Positions 57,340 through 64,000 of a DNA stretch of 64,000 nucleotides are shown here, in pieces. Position 1 is the first letter of the stretch. Each line of letters starts with the position of its first letter. Source of the DNA: Candidatus Aminicenantes bacterium (GTDB lineage: Bacteria; Acidobacteriota; Aminicenantia; Aminicenantales; Saccharicenantaceae); contig CAWDTC010000060.1 in NCBI GenBank assembly GCA_963805045.1, positions 28,033 through 92,032 on the forward strand. Direction: 5' to 3'. The translations under genes were made by a program, and so were the position numbers. Under the pieces are notes generated by a model. It worked only from the letters and a program-made list of their open reading frames with translations, was not told the origin of the DNA and did not search any database.

Positions 57340-58597
57340 TCATTCAGGGAGGGCACCCGCCCTCCGCCCCAAATACCCCAGCAACTCCACCACTGTCCCG
57401 GCCTTTCCCGCGGCGCCGGGTTTGAGCACTACCGGTCGGCCGGCCAGGTCGCCGCCCGAGATGATTCCCGCGGCAATCCCGGTGCAGGGCTCGTCGTCAA
57501 TCTCGAGGGCCCGCGTCCCCAGCACCCCGAGCACTTCCCGCACGGTCGCGCCCCCGCCTACCAAGAGCGCGCGCGGCGCTCCCTGCCGCACGGCTACGAA
57601 CGCGAGATGGGCCAAGTGCTCGACCACCAGATCCACCGGGCGCTCCACATCCGGCAGCGCCCCGGAGGCGTGCAGGATCGTATCCCGGCCCTCTTTCAGC
57701 GCCGCGACGGCCGCGTTGATGGCCATATTGAGAATGGGTACCGGTTGCTCGTCCCAGGTCAGGCGTTCGCAGGGGAACGGGACCACGGCGGCTTCGGACA
57801 TGGTATCGGCCTGCGCGATTTGCACGCCGAGGGTGTGGCTCGCGCTGGCCAGAACCGCCAGAATCGGCCCCTGTCTCGGCCCCGTCCACACCGGTGCGGC
57901 TGGAGGTCCGTACAGCCGGCACGCGAGCGCGGCCGCCAACCCTCCCGATCCCGCGGCCACGCGCAACGGCGGATCCATCAGCACTGCCTCCGCCAGCAGA
58001 TCGAGGTCCTCGTCCGTCTCCGCATCGGCCACCAGCACCCCTCCCGGCGGTAGATGGCGCCGAACCGCCGCCGGGCCAGCACGCACCACGGCCAGAGGAC
58101 AGGAGGCAGTGTTCAACTCCGGCCATTGCTTCCGCAGCAAGGTCGGAAGATGCGAATGTTGGACCGGCGCCTCGGGATCGCGCGCCATTTCCGTCTCCGC
58201 GACGGGAATACTATCTACGTACACGGTCGCGTTGGTAGTGACCCGGCCCCGCGGGAAAGGCCGGGGCGAGTAGGATAGGCCCGCCGAAGGTGTCCAGGAC
58301 GGCCGCCAGTTCCGCCCCGACGTTGCCTCGCATATTCGAATCGAGCTTCTTGAAGATGAAGGTCGCCCCCGCCATGCGCAGTTGGCCGACGCTGTCCCCC
58401 ACCAGGTCGAACACCTCGCCGGCCGGTAAGCCGCGGGTGTTTGTCGTCACTCCGAAGACGGGACGCTCGTCCTTGGCTGTGGGAGGGCGAAAATCGAGGG
58501 AGAGGCCGACCGAGGCTCCCGGGCGCGCGAAGGCGGCCGCGGCGTCGGCCGCCCCGGTGAGATCATCGGCCGTAATCCCCACAATCAGGCGGTGCAT
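57340..58597 (-). CDS. Four-carbon acid sugar kinase (DUF1537 family; apparent frameshift near 58245)
   Basis: ADDLTGAAD, FKKLDSNMRGN, APAFP, DAETDEDL, AGSGGLA, GGAT, LKPGAAG; upstream of pdxA. Confidence 0.85.
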
Positions 58598-58727
58598 GGT
58601 ACAGGAAAGTTCCATGCGGAAAGAGGAAGCCCTGCCGCCGGAGCAGGCGGGGAGCGGGGAGGAGCGAATAGAGAAGAGCGAATAGAGCATGGGGCCGGAG
58701 TGAGATTGGAAGTGCAAAGGAGCTGCG

Positions 58728-59444
58728 GTGAGCGAAGAATTGGCGGTCCTCTACCAACTCCAGCAGGTAGATTCGGACTTGGCGCGGGTCAAGAGCGATC
58801 TCGCAAAGCTCGACAACGGGCTTGAACTGAAGGCCGAGGTGGCCGCAGGAGAGAATGAGTATAAGACTCTCCTCAATCAGCACCATGTCTGCGAGGCGGA
58901 AGCGCGCGCCCTGGAACTGGAAATCAAGACCCTGCAAGAGAAGAAGGCGAAGTTCGAGAGCCAGCTCTACGGCGGGACCGTGCGCAATCCCCGCCAACTC
59001 TCCGATCTCCAGGAAGAAGTGGAGATGTTGGATCGCGAGGTCACCAAGCTGGAGGATCGCGAGCTCGAGGTAATGGTGACCTTGGAAGGGCAGCGCGCGC
59101 AACTGGCCCGCTGGGAAGAAGAACTCAGTGATAAGAAGGTCGCTCTGCACGACCTGGTGGCCCGCTACAACGAAGCGAGCGCGCGCCTGGGAGAGCAGGT
59201 CGCCGCGCTCGAGGGACAGCGCCGGGAGGTGGCCGCGCAGGCCAACCCCACGCTGCTCAAGCGCTACGAACAGATTCGCGCCCGCCAGGGAAACCTCGGC
59301 ATCGTGCGCGTCACCGGGGATACCTGCCCCGGCTGCCGCGTCGCCCTCGCCTCGGAACTGCAGAAAGAACTCCGCACAGGTCGCGCCGGCCTGACCTGCG
59401 ATAACTGCGGGCGGCTGCTGTACAAGGAACTGATGAAAGATTAG
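58728..59444 (+). CDS. Coiled-coil protein with C4 zinc ribbon (zf-RING_7 type)
   Basis: LYQLQQVD, long heptad region, CPGC..CDNCGRLLY. Confidence 0.88.
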   Translation: MSEELAVLYQLQQVDSDLARVKSDLAKLDNGLELKAEVAAGENEYKTLLNQHHVCEAEARALELEIKTLQEKKAKFESQLYGGTVRNPRQLSDLQEEVEMLDREVTKLEDRELEVMVTLEGQRAQLARWEEELSDKKVALHDLVARYNEASARLGEQVAALEGQRREVAAQANPTLLKRYEQIRARQGNLGIVRVTGDTCPGCRVALASELQKELRTGRAGLTCDNCGRLLYKELMKD

Positions 59445-59466
59445 CACCAAGGGGCTGTAGAACGTT

Positions 59467-60282
59467 ATGAAAGATGTCGCCGCCGGCGTAGATACGCGCG
59501 GCATTACCGTACAACGAGTAGGCGTGAAGGACGTGCACTTGCCCGTGCGCGTGCGCCGCAAGGGCGCGGACTTCGACAGCGTCCTGGCGCGCATTGATTT
59601 CGCCGTGGAACTGCCGCATCACTTCCGCGGTACCCACATGAGCCGCTTCCTCGACATCCTCTTCCAGTGGCGGCAGAAGCCCATCGGGATGCCGGAGCTG
59701 CGAGAGATGCTGGCCGAAGCCTGCACCCGGCTGGAGGCTCGCCGCGCGGAAATTCAAGTCGCCTTCAAGTATTTCCTCACCAAACAAGCTCCGGTGAGCA
59801 AGAGCGAGAGCGCCCTGGACTACGACTGCACCTTTCAAGCCGTGCTCGACGACGGGCAGTTCCAGTTCACCTTGGGCGTGGAAGCCCCCGTCACCATTCT
59901 CTGTCCGTGCAGCAAGGAGATTTCCAGTTACGGCGCGCACAATCAGCGCGCCATCATCCGCGCCCGCGTGCGTTCCCGCCAGGAAGTGCTCGTCTGGATC
60001 GAGGACCTGGTGGGGCTTCTGGAGCGCCAGGGGAGCGCGGAGATCTACCCGCTGCTCAAGCGCGAGGACGAGAAGTTCGTGACTGAGGCGGCCTACGAGA
60101 ATCCGAAGTTCGTGGAAGACGTCCTGCGCGATGTGGTGAGCGCCCTGCGCGCCGACCCCCGCCTCGAATGGTTCCAGGTCTCCTGCGAAAGCCTGGAGTC
60201 CATTCACAATCATTCGGTGTATGCGTTTCAGGAAGAAGCGAAGGACGAAGAGGCGAAGAGGCGAAGAGGCGAAGAGGCGTAA
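59467..60282 (+). CDS. folE2: GTP cyclohydrolase IB (FolE2)
   Basis: RGTHMSRF, LCPCSKEIS, AHNQR, LKREDEK, NPKFVED, ESIHNH. Confidence 0.95.
   Translation: MKDVAAGVDTRGITVQRVGVKDVHLPVRVRRKGADFDSVLARIDFAVELPHHFRGTHMSRFLDILFQWRQKPIGMPELREMLAEACTRLEARRAEIQVAFKYFLTKQAPVSKSESALDYDCTFQAVLDDGQFQFTLGVEAPVTILCPCSKEISSYGAHNQRAIIRARVRSRQEVLVWIEDLVGLLERQGSAEIYPLLKREDEKFVTEAAYENPKFVEDVLRDVVSALRADPRLEWFQVSCESLESIHNHSVYAFQEEAKDEEAKRRRGEEA
60246..60279 (+). repeat. Tandem 8-bp repeat (CGAAGAGG)x4 in the last codons of folE2
   Basis: Read directly from the sequence. Confidence 0.85.
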
Positions 60283-60441
60283 CGGCCCGAACCACAAAGG
60301 CACGAAGACACAAAGAAATCTTCTTTCACGTCTTTGCGCCTCCGGGGCCTGCCCTAACCCTGAGCTTGCGAAGGGGAAGAGCGTCTTCGCGTTGGGAGGC
60401 AGACAGGGCCGTTCCCTACACCCTAATGAAAGTAGGTTTCG

Positions 60442-61374
60442 ATGTCCGGTAAAGTTAGCATCATCGGCGGGGCGGGGCGGGTCGGATCGAACGCCGCCTA
60501 CGCCTTGCAGTTGGGCCGTACTTGCTCCGAACTCGTGCTCGTGGACCTCAATGCGGAGTTGGCGCAGGGCGAGGCGCTCGATCTCACCCACGGGCGCGCG
60601 GCTGCGGGCGGTCCCCGCATCACGGCCGGCGATTATCCCGACACCGCCGGTTCGGAGGTCGTGATCGTCACCGCCGGCTTGCGCCGCCGGCCCGAGGAAT
60701 CGCGCCTGCAACTGATCGCGCGCAACGCCGCCCTCTTCCGCGACATCATCGCGAATGTGCGCGCCGCGAATCCGTCTCCGGAAACGCTCCTCCTCGTCGT
60801 CACCAATCCCGTGGACGTGCTCACCTATCTCGCCGTCGCGGAACTGGGCTGGCCCCGGGAGCGCACCCTGGGCCTGGGCACCGTGCTCGATACCCAGCGC
60901 TTTCTCTCCCTCCTTGGCGAGCGAACGGGCGTAGATCCCGTGGACCTCTCCGGCTTTATCCTCGGCGAGCACGGCGACTCCATGGTCCCCATCTACTCCT
61001 CTCTGCGCTATCGGGGCGCGCCTCTGGACGACGATCCCGGCTTTTCCGAGCATATGATCACGGACGCCTTCGAGGCCACCCGCACGGCCGGCGCGGAATG
61101 TCTTCGTCTCAAGGGAGGCGCGGGCTACGCGGTCGGGCTCGCGATTCGGCAGGTGGTGGAGGCGTTACTCGGCGAGGGCGAGCGCGTGCTCCCGGTATCC
61201 ACCGTGCACCGCGGAGATGCCTTCGGGGAGGTCGCCTTCAGCCTCCCGACCAGGGTGGGCCGCCGCGGCTTCTTGGGCTACGCGGAACTCGCCTTGACCG
61301 AGGAAGAACGAGCGGCCGTAGCGCAGAGCGCGGACGTGCTGCGGAAAACCGTGGCCAGCCTCTCGACCGCGTAA
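60442..61374 (+). CDS. Lactate/malate dehydrogenase family protein
   Basis: GGAGRVG, GEALDL, TAGLRRRPEESRL, VTNPVD, GTVLDTQRF, GEHGDS. Confidence 0.9.
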   Translation: MSGKVSIIGGAGRVGSNAAYALQLGRTCSELVLVDLNAELAQGEALDLTHGRAAAGGPRITAGDYPDTAGSEVVIVTAGLRRRPEESRLQLIARNAALFRDIIANVRAANPSPETLLLVVTNPVDVLTYLAVAELGWPRERTLGLGTVLDTQRFLSLLGERTGVDPVDLSGFILGEHGDSMVPIYSSLRYRGAPLDDDPGFSEHMITDAFEATRTAGAECLRLKGGAGYAVGLAIRQVVEALLGEGERVLPVSTVHRGDAFGEVAFSLPTRVGRRGFLGYAELALTEEERAAVAQSADVLRKTVASLSTA

Positions 61375-61386
61375 GGGCGCCTCGTC

Positions 61387-61410
61387 GTTTCGGGACGGCC
61401 GTCCCGAAAC
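61387..61410. terminator. Hairpin between convergent genes
   Basis: GTTTCGGGAC-ggcc-GTCCCGAAAC; no clear U tract. Confidence 0.45.
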
Positions 61411-61418
61411 AGCGCCGC

Positions 61419-62733
61419 TCAGGCCTGGGAGTCCAAACTGGTGGGCTGGTACTCCGGAACTTCCTCCTCAGTCTCGAGGTACTTCTCCGGCTCTTCGGTG
61501 ACGTCCGAGGCCTCCAAAACCTCCGCGATCTCTCGCCGCGCGCCGAGGAAGCCGGGGCGTGCCAGGTCCAGGCGGCTGGGATGAGTGAGGGGGGCCCCTA
61601 AGGGGCTGCTGATCACCAGCACGCGCGGCTGTCGAATAGCCTGCGGGTTGGCCGCGCACACGATGGCCAGTTCTCCCGAATTGAGCCGAACCACGCTCCC
61701 CACCGGGTAGACGCCCAGGGCGCGCACCAGCGCCAGCACCATGTCGGGGTCAAAGCCCCGGCCCGACTCGTGCGAAATCCATCGGATCACCTCCGTCGGA
61801 CGCCAGGCCCGGCGGTACGGCCGTTCGCTCGTCATGGCATCATAGGCGTCCGCCACCGCGACGATGCTCCCCCCCGGACCTATTTCCGCGCCGTTGAGAC
61901 CCTCCGGATACCCGGTCCCGTCCCGCCGTTCGTGATGTTGCGCGACCGCGTCCGCGACCACGGCGTCGAGTCCCCGCCGCCGGCTGAGCAACTCCAGCCC
62001 CACGTGCGGATGCTGCTGGACCAGGAACTTCTCCTCCTCGGTCAGCGGCCCCGACTTCTGCAAAATCTCGGTGGGGATTGCGCTCTTGCCTACGTCGTGC
62101 AACAGCGCCCCCAATCCCACGCTCTCCAGGTCGCCCGGAAGCCCCTGCCGCGCGATCATCACCGCCAGCACGCACGTGTTGATCGAATGCGTGAACGTGT
62201 ACTCGTCCAGACTCCTCAGCCGCACCAGGCTGCACAATGCTTCGGGATTCCGCTGCGCGCTCGCGACGATCTCGCTGACCGTCTCTTGCACCGGGGTCAG
62301 GTCCACCGGCCGGCCGGAGCGCACCTCCTCGATCACTCGCCCCACCTGGTACATCGCCTTCGCCCGGAGGAGCCGCGCGATGGGGATATCCTGCAAGTAG
62401 GAGGTCGTGTCCGGCGGCGGCGGCGGCTTTGGCATGGGGAGATCTTCGCGCGGGGGCAGCCGCTCCTCTCGCGGGCGCGCCGCAGGCGCCGCAGCCGTCT
62501 TTTCCGGGGCCACCGGCGGACGGCCTGGAGGCTGCTTCGGGGCCTGATCCGAGAACACGACGTCCTCTCGCAGCAACCGCCGAAGCTGCACCTCGTCCGC
62601 GATCACTTCCCCAGCGCGCGAGCAGCAGCACACCTTGCCGAGAGAATGCGTTCGTCGGCAGACGCGACCCGACGCCGAGTTGCGCGCGCCAACTCGCGTT
62701 CGACCGTCCCTCATTGTGTGTATGTTCCTGCAT
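61419..62733 (-). CDS. HD-GYP domain c-di-GMP phosphodiesterase-like protein (apparent frameshift near 62610; start uncertain)
   Basis: YTFTHS, LLHDVGK, HHERRDGTGYP, VADAYDAMTSERPY, YPVGS. Confidence 0.88.
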
Positions 62734-63014
62734 GGCCTTGGGGCGCTCGGCGTGCGGCCACTCGACACAGCGCAGGACGCCCCCCCTCTCACAGCGACCG
62801 TCACCGAGTATATTCCATGTTCTTCATCCGTTTGAAGAGTCGAAGAGTCGTAACGGGCGCGCGAAAGTTGATAGTTGAAAGTGGAGAGTGACGGCCAGGG
62901 CTGTTCCCTATGCCCTACACCCTATACTCTGCCGCCAAGAGGATTACGCCCCCTCCCGCCGTATTCTCTCTCTCAGCGCCGGTAGCCGACGCGGTGCATT
63001 AAAGGAGAGCGCAG

Positions 63015-64000
63015 GTGCAGGTCAAACCCGGGATTTTTCGCGTCCAATCCATTAATCAAGTGATCTACGCCCTCGATTGCGGCGGGGCGTACGCACTGGT
63101 GGATTGCGGGGATGAAACAGAACTCGAGAACAAGCTGGCGGCCCTGCGCGCTGATGGCATCAGCCCGGACCACATCGTCGCCGTGCTCTTGACCCATTTT
63201 CATTGGGACCACAGCGGGGCCCTGGCGAAATTGCGCGAACTGGTCCCCCTCCAGGTGGTCGCCCACCGCCATTCCATCGAACCCCTCACCCACACCGAAC
63301 CCCTCGACCGAAATCTGGTGGATCATACCGTGGACGACGGCGACATCATCGAAATCGGCACGACCCGCCTCCACGTCTACCACCTTCCCGGCCACACCCA
63401 CGACTCCGTCGCCTATCAATGGGGCCAGGAACTCTTCATCGGCGACATCACCTTCGAATGGGCCGGCATCGGGTGGATGGATGTCCATTGGGGATCCTGC
63501 GTCTCCCAATACAAAGACTCCCTGAATCGCATGCTCTCGCTCCGGCCGGCCACCCTCTACCCCGGCCACGGCGGGATGTGCACCCTCAGCGAATACTCCA
63601 TCGCCCACGCGATCGGCAATCTCGATATCCTCGAGAAGATTGACGGCAGCCCCATCGATGATGGGGAAACCCGCCCCCCTCCGCCCCATGACCGACCCGC
63701 GGCAGACGATTCGGATCGAGATATAGCCCTCGTGTCTTCGCCCACCATGCGGAGGTGTACGGCCGTCTTGAACGACGGCCTCCTGACGCTTTCCACCGGC
63801 CGCCTGGCGCGGACCTGGCGCTGGAACGGCGGCCGGCTGATCGGGCTATCGCTCGCCGATGTGCGCACCCGGAGGAGGTGGGACCTCCGGGGGGACGCCG
63901 AGGACATGGGAATTCCCGGCCTGGACTCCGAGGTCGCCGGGGGCGACCTGCACGTGGAGGAGCTCGCGGAAACCGCCCTCCGCCCGGCCCATGTGGCCGT
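63015..64000 (+). CDS. Metallo-beta-lactamase-fold hydrolase; frame stays open into a second, glycoside-hydrolase-like N-terminal domain that runs off the window
   Basis: RBS AAGGAG, GTG start; THFHWDH, PGHT, GD, PGHG; not in the ORF track because it has no stop in the window. Confidence 0.8.
   Translation, partial: MQVKPGIFRVQSINQVIYALDCGGAYALVDCGDETELENKLAALRADGISPDHIVAVLLTHFHWDHSGALAKLRELVPLQVVAHRHSIEPLTHTEPLDRNLVDHTVDDGDIIEIGTTRLHVYHLPGHTHDSVAYQWGQELFIGDITFEWAGIGWMDVHWGSCVSQYKDSLNRMLSLRPATLYPGHGGMCTLSEYSIAHAIGNLDILEKIDGSPIDDGETRPPPPHDRPAADDSDRDIALVSSPTMRRCTAVLNDGLLTLSTGRLARTWRWNGGRLIGLSLADVRTRRRWDLRGDAEDMGIPGLDSEVAGGDLHVEELAETALRPAHVA

Noticed and set aside
62973-63689. 238-aa minus-strand ORF
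   Set aside because: Antisense to the plus-strand MBL hydrolase, which has the motifs and RBS

Overview
The window looks like two different pieces of DNA joined at about 53085. Left part (1-53085): very GC-rich bacterial chromosome, probably Acidobacteriota/Aminicenantes-like (inferred from a Cys-rich insert in RpoB). It carries the core transcription/translation cluster on the minus strand (4 tRNAs-tuf-rpmG-tRNA-Trp-secE-nusG-rplKAJL-rpoBC-rpsLG-fusA-tuf-rpsJ-rplCD), an ECF sigma/anti-sigma/Spy-like trio, purBSQLN, a tandem-domain thyX and polX. It continues with a ~15 kb co-oriented block of oxidative-stress, Fe-S and nucleic-acid repair genes (rubredoxin to rtcB), then recD2, lepB and ychF-tgt-yajC-secD. 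Right part (53085-64000): different codon style, with an ECF sigma/anti-sigma pair, a DUF1537 kinase-pdxA pair interrupted by a RAYT/REP cassette, a zinc-ribbon protein, folE2, an LDH/MDH-family enzyme, an HD-GYP protein and an MBL hydrolase. Many essential genes have single-base frameshifts, which are most likely sequencing errors. Most interesting observations: (1) both elongation factors in the str operon are atypical (EF-Tu with a rewritten switch I; EF-G lacking the domain IV Gln/His tip residues) while a canonical tuf lies 15 kb away; (2) an IscS-like protein without the PLP lysine, next to an IscU-double-zinc-ribbon fusion; (3) two related, highly structured ~270-bp noncoding elements, each sitting between divergent promoters; (4) a RAYT gene bounded by 52-bp perfect inverted repeats.
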